Shown: positions 7,951 to 16,732 of the stretch, one piece after another
Layout: every line of letters starts with the position of its first letter
Numbering within the stretch: the stretch's first letter is position 1
NCBI GenBank assembly: GCA_965541515.1
Contig: CBEUCC010000002.1
Coordinates: 1 to 54,327, forward strand
DNA from: an uncultured Thermoplasmata archaeon
Lineage (GTDB): Archaea > Thermoplasmatota > DTKX01 > DATEUP01
Direction: 5' to 3'
Length of the DNA stretch: 54,327 nucleotides
Program-made: the position numbers and the translations under genes
Notes under the pieces: model-generated
What the model saw: only the letters and a program-made list of their open reading frames with translations
What the model was told of the DNA's origin: nothing
Databases searched by the model: none

Positions 7951-10900
7951 ATGGAACGACCCTCACACGCCCTGAGCACCGCCCGAGCAACCGTCCTTGC
8001 CCTCACCGTGGCCGTCCTCATCGGGGCGTCCGGGCCCTCCATGGCCCTCCTGACGTCCGGAGGCGACGCGGGGGGCAGTTCGGGGGCGCAGGCCCTCGTG
8101 CTCCTCAAGGCAGGGTCGTTCGACCCCCTGCGCGACGGGACGGGGTGGGTCCCCTCCACGTGGCGCTTGAGTTCCACCGACCCGACGGGCGACCTCTTCA
8201 TCGTCCAGATGTCCGGCGACCGCGTCCCGGCCGGGACGCTCGACCGGCTCATGGCGACCGGCGCCCAGTACAACGCGTACCTGCCCGACAACTCGTTCCT
8301 CTTGAAGGCGACCGCTCTCCAGAAACGGGCGCTCGAGCGGATCGACCTGGTGCGCGCGGTCGTCCCGTACGAGCCTTACTTCCGGGTGGACCCGAGCCTC
8401 CTTGCGCCCGGCGAGCTCGCCAGGCCGGGCTACGTCAAGGTCGACATCGAGACCTTCCAGAACCCAGGCTCGGCCGAGGCGCGCGTGATCGCGCTTGGGG
8501 GCCGGATCGTCGAGACGAAGGTCTACGGGACGCTCGTCGAGGTCCCGCGCTTGGCGCTCCCGGCGCTTGCCAAGCACCCGAACGTCGTGTGGGTGCAGCC
8601 GTGGGAGGAGCGAACCGTCGACAACCAGCACTCATCCATCATCCAGGGCGCGCGCCAGCCGACGGACGGTACGTGGGACCCGGCGTCGATGAGGCTGTGG
8701 AGCTACAACCCCGCGACAGGGGACTTCGAAGGCTACACCGGCGCGAACGTGACCGTTACCGTCTCGGACACGGGCGTCGACATGTCGCACCCCGCGTTTG
8801 CGGGCAAGCTCGTCTTCTACGACGGGATGGGCTCGACCGACCTGCGCGACACCTACGGGCACGGCACCCACACGGCCGGCACTGTCCTTGGGAACGGCGC
8901 CTGGCGCACGGCTGACGCCGGCATCGCGGTGCCCGGGCTCTTTGCCGGGATCGCTCCCGACGCGAACCTCGTTGTCGAGGACTGGTCCGGGACGAACGCC
9001 TCGTCCGATGACACGCGCATGGCCCGCACGAACGCGCGGTACGGCGCCGTTATCTCGTCCAACTCCTGGTCGAACGGCGGCTCCTACGATTCGAACGCCC
9101 GCCTGTACGACCGGTTCGCACGCGACTCGTGGGCCGACACGCCCTCCAACACAAGCTCTTACGGCGAGCAGCCGGTCCTCTACTTCTTCTCCGCCGGAAA
9201 CGCCGGCGCTGCGCGCTCCATCGGCTCGCCGGCCCACGCGAAGAACGTGATCGCCGTCGGGTCGACGGGCGACAACTACAACGGCGTCAACTGGGACGAG
9301 ATCTCGGGCTTCTCGTCGCGCGGTCCCTCGGACGACGGGCGTATCAAGCCGGAGCTCGTGGCGCCTGGCTCCTCGGTCCGCTCCGCCACCTCGCTGCAGG
9401 GCGGGTGGATCTACGGCGGCGGCCACAATTATGGCGACTCCTACGGGTCGCTGTCCGGAACCTCTATGTCCTGCCCCGGCGCGGCCGGCGCGGCCGCGGT
9501 GCTATGGGAGTACTACCGGGTCAACATCGGGGGCGACCCCTCGCCCGACATGGCCAAAGCGATCCTGATCAACGGCGCGACCGAGATGGACGGCTACAAG
9601 GCGCCGGGGCCCGAGCAGGGCTTTGGCCGCATCAACCTAACGACCTCGCTCCTGGAAACGCCCGAGCGACAGCACCTCTGGTACGACCGGCCCACGACCC
9701 TGGCCACGGACGACGAGTGGGTCTACACCTTCGCCGTCGCGGACACGAGCGAGCCCTTCACGGTGACGCTGGCCTGGACGGACGAGCCTGCCGCGTCGGG
9801 CGCCAACCCGATCCTCGTCAACAACCTCGACCTGTATGTCGTTGACCCCGTGGGCGACATCCTCTATGGGAACCATATGACCAACGCGGGCATTTCGATG
9901 GCCAACGGCGTCTCGGACAACTTGAACAACGTCGAGAAGGTGAAGGTGGCCAACCCAGCGCGCGGTTACTACGAGGTCCATGTCTCTGCCAAGAACGTCC
10001 CCGTAGGCGCGCAGGACTTCTCGCTCGCGGTGCGCGGGACGATCGTCTCGTCCTGGGAGGACCTCGAAATGACGAGCGTCGAGGTCAGCGACACGTCGCC
10101 GATCGTTGACGACGTCGTCACGATCAACGTGACGCTGCGCAACCGCGGCACCTTCCCGATGGCCGGGTACACCGTTACGGTGACCGCGGAAACGGACCTG
10201 GGCAACTTTGATGTGTTGAACGTCCAGCCGGCGCAGCTGGCTGCGGGACAGCCCCTCGAGCTCAGTGCGGAATGGACGGCCGTCGCGGGACCCGCGAACA
10301 TCGTGGCGCGCATCACGCCGCCGCTGGGGTTAACGGAGTTCGCATCGAACAACAATGTGGCGAACACTTCGCTCTTCGTGCGCGAATACGGGTTCCAGAT
10401 GGTGACAGGCGCCGCCTTGAGCTACGACATGGATCCCGGGCAGGTCATCACGCTCAGGTTCAACGTCACGCAAGTGGGCAACGTCCCCGACAACATCACG
10501 ATTGAGTTCAATGAGACTGGGCCCGAGAGCGTGCAGCGGTTCATCACGCCGACCCGTCTCTACCTGCGGCCAGGTGACACGGGCGTCGTGAGCCTCACGG
10601 TCATCGCGTCCCCGGCGGCAAAGGCCGGCGACGCGGCCGACATGCAGCTGACGTTCTCGTCGCAGACCGACGGGCGCAAGACAAGTGTCTTCCAGGTTAG
10701 CGCGTCTATCAACCACATCTACGCGTTCTCCACCGCGCTCACGAACAGCTACGCAGCGCTGGAGCCGGGCTGGAGCGCTTCCTCGTCGCTGTCGATCACG
10801 AACCTCGGGAACGGCCAGGACACATTCTCCATCCAGTCGCTCCAGATCCCGGGCGATTGGAGCTTCGGATTTGCCCAGAGCGTCGTCACCCTGGAGGACA

Positions 10901-12081
10901 ACGCCACGATCGATGTGCCGCTCCTCATCGAGTCGCCAGCGCGCGTGGACGCGGGCAACGTCTACGACGTCGTCGTGCGCGTGGGGAGTGAGGGCGCGCC
11001 CGTCCAGAGCCTCACGTACAGGATGGAGGTAACGCAGGTCTTCGGCTGGGAGGCGGACGTCCAACCGCCGCCCGGCCAAGTGCGCGGCGGGACGGTGTTC
11101 CAGTTGCCGATCGAGGCGCTCAACCTCGGCAACGGCTTCGACACGATCGAAGTGGGCCTTCAGACCCCGCCGGGGTGGCAAGGGACGCTGACGCGCCCCG
11201 TCATGGTGCTTCTGCCCTACAGCAACTTGTCGGGGATCGCGCTCGTCACGGTGGACCCCGAGGCGGTCGCGGGCGACTACACCCTGCGGTTCACGTTCTC
11301 GACGCCGCACTACTACACCGTGATCACCTTGCCCGTCACGGTCGAGCACATCTACATGATCGTGATGGAGGGGCCAGGCTTCACCATGCAGCTCGGGCAG
11401 GGCGACCTGAACACCTTCGAGGTCACCGTGACCAACGACGGCAATGCGAGGGCGACGGTGATCCCGCAATACGAGCCCCCGGACGGCCTGAACATCATTG
11501 CGGTTGTCCAACGGGCGGATCTCGAGCGCGGGGCCACCGCGGTCTTCACCTTCCAGGTCATCGCGGAGCTCCAGGCGCCGGCCCAGCTCTACAACCTATC
11601 GTTGGACTTCCGCACGGGGACCACTGGCGACAAGCCAAACGAAATCCTGATTAGGATCGACGTCCACGAGGCGGTCGAGCCATACATCGAGCCGGGCCCA
11701 GCCCAGGACGCAGGGGCCGACACGGTCATCAACGCGCTATTCGGTGTGATGGCGGTCGTCCTGGTCGCCCTCCCGATCGGGTACGTGTACCTGCGCCGAA
11801 GGGCCTCGGCAAATGCGCCTCCGCCCGAGGTCATCATCCAGACGATTGAGGATGCCAACACGGGGTCGGACTACGACCCGACACGCCAGCCTTCTCCGTC
11901 GGCTACGCCCAGTACGGCCGCTCGCGTGAAGAGCGCGGCCGTCGGGTCTTCCGGTCAGGTGTCGATGGAGATTGTGGGTTCCTGCATGAACTGCGCTGGG
12001 TCGCTCATCGCGGTCGGCGAGGGAATGGGGCGCTGCCTGTCGTGCGGAGTCGAGCAGATTCCGCGGCCGCACCGGAGGTAG
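7951..12081 (+). CDS. membrane-anchored subtilisin-like serine protease (peptidase S8) with CARDB/Ig-like repeats and a C-terminal zinc ribbon
   Basis: ATG 7951 is preceded by 'GGGAGAAGGA'. Signal-like segment is 'VLALTVAVLIGASGPSMA'. Triad contexts are 'TVSDTGVD', 'HGTHTAGTV' and 'SGTSMSCPGAAG'. A CARDB-like segment reads 'VVTINVTLRNRGTFPMAGYTVTVTA', followed by many further beta-sandwich-like repeats. The TM segment is 'ALFGVMAVVLVALPIGYVYL', then 'CMNC-x13-CLSC'. Confidence 0.9.
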   Translation: MERPSHALSTARATVLALTVAVLIGASGPSMALLTSGGDAGGSSGAQALVLLKAGSFDPLRDGTGWVPSTWRLSSTDPTGDLFIVQMSGDRVPAGTLDRLMATGAQYNAYLPDNSFLLKATALQKRALERIDLVRAVVPYEPYFRVDPSLLAPGELARPGYVKVDIETFQNPGSAEARVIALGGRIVETKVYGTLVEVPRLALPALAKHPNVVWVQPWEERTVDNQHSSIIQGARQPTDGTWDPASMRLWSYNPATGDFEGYTGANVTVTVSDTGVDMSHPAFAGKLVFYDGMGSTDLRDTYGHGTHTAGTVLGNGAWRTADAGIAVPGLFAGIAPDANLVVEDWSGTNASSDDTRMARTNARYGAVISSNSWSNGGSYDSNARLYDRFARDSWADTPSNTSSYGEQPVLYFFSAGNAGAARSIGSPAHAKNVIAVGSTGDNYNGVNWDEISGFSSRGPSDDGRIKPELVAPGSSVRSATSLQGGWIYGGGHNYGDSYGSLSGTSMSCPGAAGAAAVLWEYYRVNIGGDPSPDMAKAILINGATEMDGYKAPGPEQGFGRINLTTSLLETPERQHLWYDRPTTLATDDEWVYTFAVADTSEPFTVTLAWTDEPAASGANPILVNNLDLYVVDPVGDILYGNHMTNAGISMANGVSDNLNNVEKVKVANPARGYYEVHVSAKNVPVGAQDFSLAVRGTIVSSWEDLEMTSVEVSDTSPIVDDVVTINVTLRNRGTFPMAGYTVTVTAETDLGNFDVLNVQPAQLAAGQPLELSAEWTAVAGPANIVARITPPLGLTEFASNNNVANTSLFVREYGFQMVTGAALSYDMDPGQVITLRFNVTQVGNVPDNITIEFNETGPESVQRFITPTRLYLRPGDTGVVSLTVIASPAAKAGDAADMQLTFSSQTDGRKTSVFQVSASINHIYAFSTALTNSYAALEPGWSASSSLSITNLGNGQDTFSIQSLQIPGDWSFGFAQSVVTLEDNATIDVPLLIESPARVDAGNVYDVVVRVGSEGAPVQSLTYRMEVTQVFGWEADVQPPPGQVRGGTVFQLPIEALNLGNGFDTIEVGLQTPPGWQGTLTRPVMVLLPYSNLSGIALVTVDPEAVAGDYTLRFTFSTPHYYTVITLPVTVEHIYMIVMEGPGFTMQLGQGDLNTFEVTVTNDGNARATVIPQYEPPDGLNIIAVVQRADLERGATAVFTFQVIAELQAPAQLYNLSLDFRTGTTGDKPNEILIRIDVHEAVEPYIEPGPAQDAGADTVINALFGVMAVVLVALPIGYVYLRRRASANAPPPEVIIQTIEDANTGSDYDPTRQPSPSATPSTAARVKSAAVGSSGQVSMEIVGSCMNCAGSLIAVGEGMGRCLSCGVEQIPRPHRR

Positions 12082-12094
12082 CGGAGGGCCACGC

Positions 12095-12700
12095 TCACTC
12101 GCCGTCCCCACGCAGGTGGAGGGCGAGCGCGGGCGCGCCGGCCACGACGACCAGCAGGGCGGTGGCAAGCAGGTAGACCGCGAGTTCGCCGGCGGTGAAG
12201 AGGTCGACGAGCGGGACGAGGTCCTGGGGCACGAGCAGCGCCAACACGCGCGTGGCAACCCCTGCAAGGGCCGCCACCACCGCGAGTCCCGTCATCTGGC
12301 GGACGATCAGCAAGAAGAGTACGGCAAGGAGCGCGCCAAACGCGGCGAGGCTCGTGACGATCGCCGCCGGGTCGGTCGCCGGGCCCACCAGTGCCCCGGG
12401 GGCGCTGGCCCACGCGAGCATGGCCGCGGAGAGCGCGGCGGCCGCAGTCCAGAGCGGAGCCACCCCGTAGACCTTGACCATCTGTCGCCCAACCCAGTGC
12501 GGGTCGTCGAGGTCGGCCACCACCGCCTCGAATTCGCCGCCGCGCGCGGCCGCCTGCGCCTGGACGCCCCCCATGATCTCCCGCGTCACGGCGTCGCGGT
12601 CCTTGCGGGCCATCAGGCGCATCCCGGCGCGCAGCCGCCGCTCGTACACCTGTGCGTCCCGCACGCGGCCCCGCGGTTTGGTGGGAGCGCCGTCCGTCAT
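12095..12700 (-). CDS. PadR-associated membrane protein (DUF1700/HAAS-like N-terminal domain plus TM region)
   Basis: Its start overlaps the PadR stop (ATGA). The N-terminal helical region 'DRDAVTREIMGGVQAQAAARGGEFEAVVADLDDPHWVGRQM' matches the pattern I associate with DUF1700-type proteins found next to PadR genes. About 4 hydrophobic helices follow. Confidence 0.6.
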   Translation of the reverse strand: MTDGAPTKPRGRVRDAQVYERRLRAGMRLMARKDRDAVTREIMGGVQAQAAARGGEFEAVVADLDDPHWVGRQMVKVYGVAPLWTAAAALSAAMLAWASAPGALVGPATDPAAIVTSLAAFGALLAVLFLLIVRQMTGLAVVAALAGVATRVLALLVPQDLVPLVDLFTAGELAVYLLATALLVVVAGAPALALHLRGDGE

Positions 12701-13062
12701 TTCTTGTCGGCACCCCCCTTAGCGTCTGTGATGAGGACACCGTTGAGCCCGTCAACCATCAACTGCCACTCCCTGCGTGCGTCCGCGAGCGAGCGCCGCC
12801 CTTCATGGGTGATCGAGTAGTACTTGCGTGGTGGCGCGCCCCCTTCTTCGATGACCCACTCGGCCTTGAGCAGGCCCTGCTTCTCGAGGCGGTGGAGCGC
12901 CGGGTAGAGCGTCCCCTCCTTCAGGTCCAGGTACCCGCCCGAACGGCCCCGCAACTGCTCGATGACCTCGAACCCGTAGCGCCTTCCCCCCTCCAGGAGC
13001 GCCAGGATCCCCAGCTGGACCGTCCCCTTCTTGAGTTCGACTGTCCACTCCTTTCGCGCCAT
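12697..13062 (-). CDS. PadR-family winged-helix transcriptional regulator
   Basis: The sequence from ATG 13062 reads 'LKKGTVQLGILALLEGGRRYGFEVIEQL...LKEGTLYPALHRLEKQGLLKAEW...RKYYSITHEGRRSL', a typical PadR core. The ORF-track extension to 13191 is Arg/Pro-rich and unlikely to be coding. Confidence 0.85.
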   Translation of the reverse strand: MARKEWTVELKKGTVQLGILALLEGGRRYGFEVIEQLRGRSGGYLDLKEGTLYPALHRLEKQGLLKAEWVIEEGGAPPRKYYSITHEGRRSLADARREWQLMVDGLNGVLITDAKGGADKK

Positions 13063-13126
13063 GGGGCCCTGCTCCGAAACGACGCTTCGCGCTTTTAGGC
13101 CCTCCGACGGCCTCGGGCGTCCGCGG

Positions 13127-13483
13127 TCACGGCGAATCGGTAGGCGCGCGACCGCCGCCGGAAGGCCGAGGACCGCCCGCGCGGGGAGCATCGAACTCGG
13201 CCGAGAACGTGAGGATTACGTCCTCCGGTTGGAGGATCCGACGAGCCGTTTCGGTGAGCCGGTAGTAGACCCACTTGCGGTTCCCCTCGATCCGGGCCGC
13301 GAGCCCGGCTTCCTCGAGGCGCGAGAGTTCCTTGAACGCGGTGCTCTTCGACATCTGGAGCCGGCCTGCGACCTCCGTCCCCGTCATCTGGTGCTCCTCC
13401 AGGACGCGTAGCACGCGGACCCGCAGGGGCGAGGCGAGCGCCGCGAAGATCCGTGGCGTGAGGACGACGCGCTTCCAGATCAC
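13127..13483 (-). CDS. ArsR-like winged-helix transcriptional regulator (paralog of 40596..40877)
   Basis: GTG 13483 overlaps the stop of the upstream gene (GTGA). HTH region reads 'LASPLRVRVLRVLEEHQMTGTEVAGRLQMSKSTAFKELSRLEEAGLAARIEGNRKWVYYRLTE'. It aligns by eye along its whole length with the ORF at 40596. Confidence 0.75.
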   Translation of the reverse strand: MIWKRVVLTPRIFAALASPLRVRVLRVLEEHQMTGTEVAGRLQMSKSTAFKELSRLEEAGLAARIEGNRKWVYYRLTETARRILQPEDVILTFSAEFDAPRAGGPRPSGGGRAPTDSP

Positions 13484-14991
13484 CGGCCGTCACCTCCGGG
13501 CCGGAGCCTGTAGCGCTCCTTGAGTGCCTGGAGGCGCTCGTGGTCGCGCCGCGCCCGCGCGCGCGCGCGGGAGGACCCGAAGTAGGCCGAGATTCCGACG
13601 GCGCCAAGGACGCTGAGCGCGATGACGGCGAACTGGGCGGCCATCACCACGGCGGGGAGCACATCCGGGAGGATTGAGGAGGCGTGGAGCTCGACGCCTT
13701 CGGCAATGATCTCGGGGTCGTGGAAGACACGGTAGCCGGTGGGGTACGAAAAGCCGCCAAACAGCAGGAAGCCGCGGAAGAAAGTGTCTCCGATCCGGTC
13801 GGCGACGGGCACACCTCCCAGTAGCTGGAAGAAGGCCTTGCCGGTCTCCGGCTCCTCCGATTCCGCGTGGGGCCAGACGTCGACGGTGGGAAGGAGGCGG
13901 AGGTGGGCCATCTCCCGCCAGTTGTCATGCAGGTCGAGACTCGCGACGCGGGCAAACGAGTCCGTCACCGGGCGCGTCGGGTTCATCTCGACGGAGTCGC
14001 CCTCGCCCAAGTTCGCGCGCGCCGACCCGGCACGGTCGTCGCGCAGGGCCAGGTCATTCAGCCACGGCGCGAGCCGGTCACTGATGCCGTTTAGGACACG
14101 GATCGCCGTGATGAGCAGGAGGCGGGAGGGCGCGTCGTGCAACGGGGGCGACGCATCCCACCCGACAATCTCATGGTCGATCTTCAAGTGGGCCGAGGTG
14201 ACGGTTGCCGTGCCGGAGGACGTCCCGTCCGGAACGATCGAAACAAGTTCCCGACCGTGGCGGGTGAGCGCCACGATCGCGTCGAAATGGGGGATGGAGG
14301 GGAGCTCCTCGTCGTGCCGCTCGAGGAGCATGCGGACGTGGAAGGCAACCTTCTCGACAGTCCCGTCTCCATTGTGCTCGCGGTCGGCGACGTGTGTGTA
14401 GCTGACGTCCTCCAGCGTGATGCTGTAGTTCAGCCGCACGGCGTCGTGGCCCGCGGCAGTGAGTTCGAACCCCGTCAGCTCCCACGTGCCGCTTAGTTGC
14501 AGCGACTTGTGGAGTGGTTCCGACACGTTGAAATCCAGGACTTCGGGAGTCGAGAGGTTCGGGCGGAAGTTGAAGATCCCATCGCCGGGGCTGCCATCCC
14601 TGCTTCCCACGTCGCGGAACTCCACCAGCGCAATCATTCGCTGCGCCACCACGGTGACGACCGGTAGCGGGACATTCTCCCCCACGAGCCGGCCGCCCGA
14701 ACGCTCATACACATCGGCGGTGCCAAGCGTCCGCACCACGGCCGCGTAGAAAGTGACGTAGCCCTCGTGGCCTCCTTCGCCGCCATACACGACGCCAAAC
14801 GCCTGGTTGCCGATGCGCACGAGGAGCTGGTTGCCCCCGCCAAAGGCGTCGGTCGTGCCGTTCTCGACGGTGATCTGGTCGATGAGTGGGAGGGCGTCGG
14901 CCTCCTTCGCGGAGGCCGGAAGGACGGCGAGGCTCGCAAGGAGCATCATGGCGATGGCCAAGACGGGGGCTGCCCGCACGCGTCCCTCCAC
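13480..14991 (-). CDS. hypothetical secreted protein with a C-terminal membrane anchor
   Basis: 503-aa ORF with a GTG start. Signal-like N-terminus is 'APVLAIAMMLLASLAVLPASA'. C-terminal TM segment 'VVMAAQFAVIALSVLGAVGISAYF' is followed by a basic tail 'SSRARARARR'. I recognise no family. Confidence 0.65.
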   Translation of the reverse strand: MEGRVRAAPVLAIAMMLLASLAVLPASAKEADALPLIDQITVENGTTDAFGGGNQLLVRIGNQAFGVVYGGEGGHEGYVTFYAAVVRTLGTADVYERSGGRLVGENVPLPVVTVVAQRMIALVEFRDVGSRDGSPGDGIFNFRPNLSTPEVLDFNVSEPLHKSLQLSGTWELTGFELTAAGHDAVRLNYSITLEDVSYTHVADREHNGDGTVEKVAFHVRMLLERHDEELPSIPHFDAIVALTRHGRELVSIVPDGTSSGTATVTSAHLKIDHEIVGWDASPPLHDAPSRLLLITAIRVLNGISDRLAPWLNDLALRDDRAGSARANLGEGDSVEMNPTRPVTDSFARVASLDLHDNWREMAHLRLLPTVDVWPHAESEEPETGKAFFQLLGGVPVADRIGDTFFRGFLLFGGFSYPTGYRVFHDPEIIAEGVELHASSILPDVLPAVVMAAQFAVIALSVLGAVGISAYFGSSRARARARRDHERLQALKERYRLRPGGDGR

Positions 14992-15031
14992 GATTCCGTC
15001 TCCTCTCTCGACCTTCGGGGCCTAGCCAGCA

Positions 15032-16393
15032 CTAGATTTCGCGCGCCGAGTCCGGGAGCGGAGCAAGGTCGTCGACCGCGACCGTGTGGTGGAGCGAGGG
15101 CAACTCGCCCGCGACGCGCGCCGGGGTGTCAAGCTCCCGCATCACATGGGAGATCTCTTCAGGTGCCCGGTCGACGTCGTGGCCGTCAGCGCCGTCGTGG
15201 CCGTCAGCGCCGTCGTGGCCGTCAGCGCCGTCGTGGCCGTCAGCGCCGTCGTGGCCGCCACTGCCTGCGTGGTCACGGGTCGCCGTCCACTCGCGGCAGA
15301 ATTGCACGAGCTCGCGGCCGTCAACCGTGCCGTCGCTGTCCCGGTCGACCGCGGTCGCTCGGAACCCGCAGATGGTTGCATGGTCGACGTGGCCGTCGTC
15401 ATTGCGGTCCACGGCAAACGCGCGCCACCCGGCAAGCACCCGGAGCTCGGGATTACCGTCGCTGTCCCGGTCCACCGTCCGGCCCGTCGAGGCGCGGGCA
15501 GTAAAGAGGTCAAAGGTGCCGTCGTCGTCGCGGTCTCTGGCGGTGGCGACCACGTGGCCGCGCTCCGCCGCCTCCGGCAGCCCGTCGCCGTCGTGATCTA
15601 CCCACGAGGCCCGCGCCGCCGCGACGCGCTTGACGTCGACGTTCCCGTCGCCGTCCCGGTCGCGCGCGAATGCCTGGACGTGCCAGGAGCGCGCGGCGTT
15701 GGGTTCGCCGTCACCGTCCGTGTCTGCACGCACGTACCCGGACCGCGTCGCGTAGAAGATGTCGAGCGCGGGGCGCCCGGCGAGGTCGGCCGCGCGGCCC
15801 TGCGCGCGCTCTCCGCCCTCGACGTCGTCGGCCCCGTCGAAGTCGTGGTCCACCGCGTAGTGCTCGCCCCGATCGGCGGCGACGTAGTCGAGCTTGCCGT
15901 CGCTGTCCCGGTCGACTGTGACGGCCACAAACCGCACGGACTTGGCCACGTCCGACGTGCCGTCTTCGTTGCGGTCCATCGTGAGGTGCGAGGCGACCTG
16001 CAGGGCCGTCCGCTCGGGGTTGCCGTCGTCGTCCCGGTCCACGCGCGTGAAGTTCGCAATCGTTACGCGCCAGGTGTCCATCGTTCCGTTCATGTTGCGG
16101 TCGACCGCCTCGCGGCAGGCCACGGCGATGTAGAGGAACTCTGGGTTGCCATCGCTGTCGGCGTCCACCACGCGCCGCGCCGTCACTTTGCACGCGCGCC
16201 TGTAGTCGATCTCCCCGTCGTCGTTCCGGTCGGCCTCGACGTTCTCGAGGCCACCGATGGCTTGCCTGAGGTCGTGTGCCGCATCGGTACCGCCCTCGCC
16301 TTCGGCCAAGGCGGAGCCCGCAAACGAACTCAACACCATCAGCGCGATCGCAGCCACAGCCCCGAGGGCCACACCTTTCTTGTTGTCGGTCAT
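15032..16393 (-). CDS. secreted protein built of about 14 DxDxDG calcium-binding-type loops plus a (HDGADG)n tract
   Basis: ATG 16393 is preceded by 'GGTGA'. Signal-like segment is 'GVALGAVAAIALMVLSSFAGSALA'. Loops recur every 22-28 residues: 'VDRDSDGNPE', 'VDRDDDGNPE', 'RDRDGDGNVD', 'VDHDGDGLPE', 'VDRNDDGHVD' and others. The ORF-track start 16486 adds an unlikely Arg/Cys-rich leader. Confidence 0.8.
   Translation of the reverse strand: MTDNKKGVALGAVAAIALMVLSSFAGSALAEGEGGTDAAHDLRQAIGGLENVEADRNDDGEIDYRRACKVTARRVVDADSDGNPEFLYIAVACREAVDRNMNGTMDTWRVTIANFTRVDRDDDGNPERTALQVASHLTMDRNEDGTSDVAKSVRFVAVTVDRDSDGKLDYVAADRGEHYAVDHDFDGADDVEGGERAQGRAADLAGRPALDIFYATRSGYVRADTDGDGEPNAARSWHVQAFARDRDGDGNVDVKRVAAARASWVDHDGDGLPEAAERGHVVATARDRDDDGTFDLFTARASTGRTVDRDSDGNPELRVLAGWRAFAVDRNDDGHVDHATICGFRATAVDRDSDGTVDGRELVQFCREWTATRDHAGSGGHDGADGHDGADGHDGADGHDGADGHDVDRAPEEISHVMRELDTPARVAGELPSLHHTVAVDDLAPLPDSAREI
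15176..15259 (-). repeat. 18-bp in-frame tandem repeat (4 perfect copies plus a partial copy) encoding (HDGADG)n
   Basis: The + strand unit 'gtcgtggccgtcagcgcc' is repeated head to tail from 15176. It lies inside the CDS 15032..16393. Confidence 0.95.
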
Positions 16394-16684
16394 TCCGGTT
16401 TCACCTACCTCATCACAGCAGCGGCAGGCGCACGCGCTTCGAGCAGGTCTTGTGCCGACCGCGCGAGCCGCAGTTGCGCGACCCAACGCGCGACGAAGCC
16501 CCCCTCCGAAATGTCCGCATCGAACTCCACGCGTGTTTGCCTCCGTGCCGACCCCAGAATCAAAGACGAGTGCCTTTCAATCCTACGGGCATAGCGTTAC
16601 TATGTACCTCTCCTATTTGAGGCACGTCTTGAGATCCTCAACTCCGGAAACGCGCCACCTGGCCGGGCCCCCCGCGAACCCCTC

Positions 16685-16692
16685 TTTATATA
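16685..16692 (+). promoter_or_regulatory. TATA-box-like element upstream of the hydantoinase-like gene
   Basis: 'TTTATATA' is isolated within GC-rich sequence and lies about 40 nt upstream of GTG 16733. Confidence 0.4.
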
Positions 16693-16732
16693 GAAACTCC
16701 ATCCGGCCCGCACGTACACCACGACCTATGAA

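Noticed and set aside
15176-15259. Tandem direct repeats here and at 46223-46303, considered as possible CRISPR or minisatellite elements
   Set aside because: The repeats are contiguous without spacers, in frame, and lie inside ORFs where they encode HDGADG and PKxxAK units. They are coding tandem repeats, not CRISPR arrays.
15086-16594. 502-aa plus-strand ORF antisense to the DxDxDG repeat gene
   Set aside because: It mirrors the repeat as monotonous 'VAVSAVVAV...' and 'AVPVDR...' strings. The minus-strand frame has a signal peptide, an RBS and coherent Ca-loop repeats.
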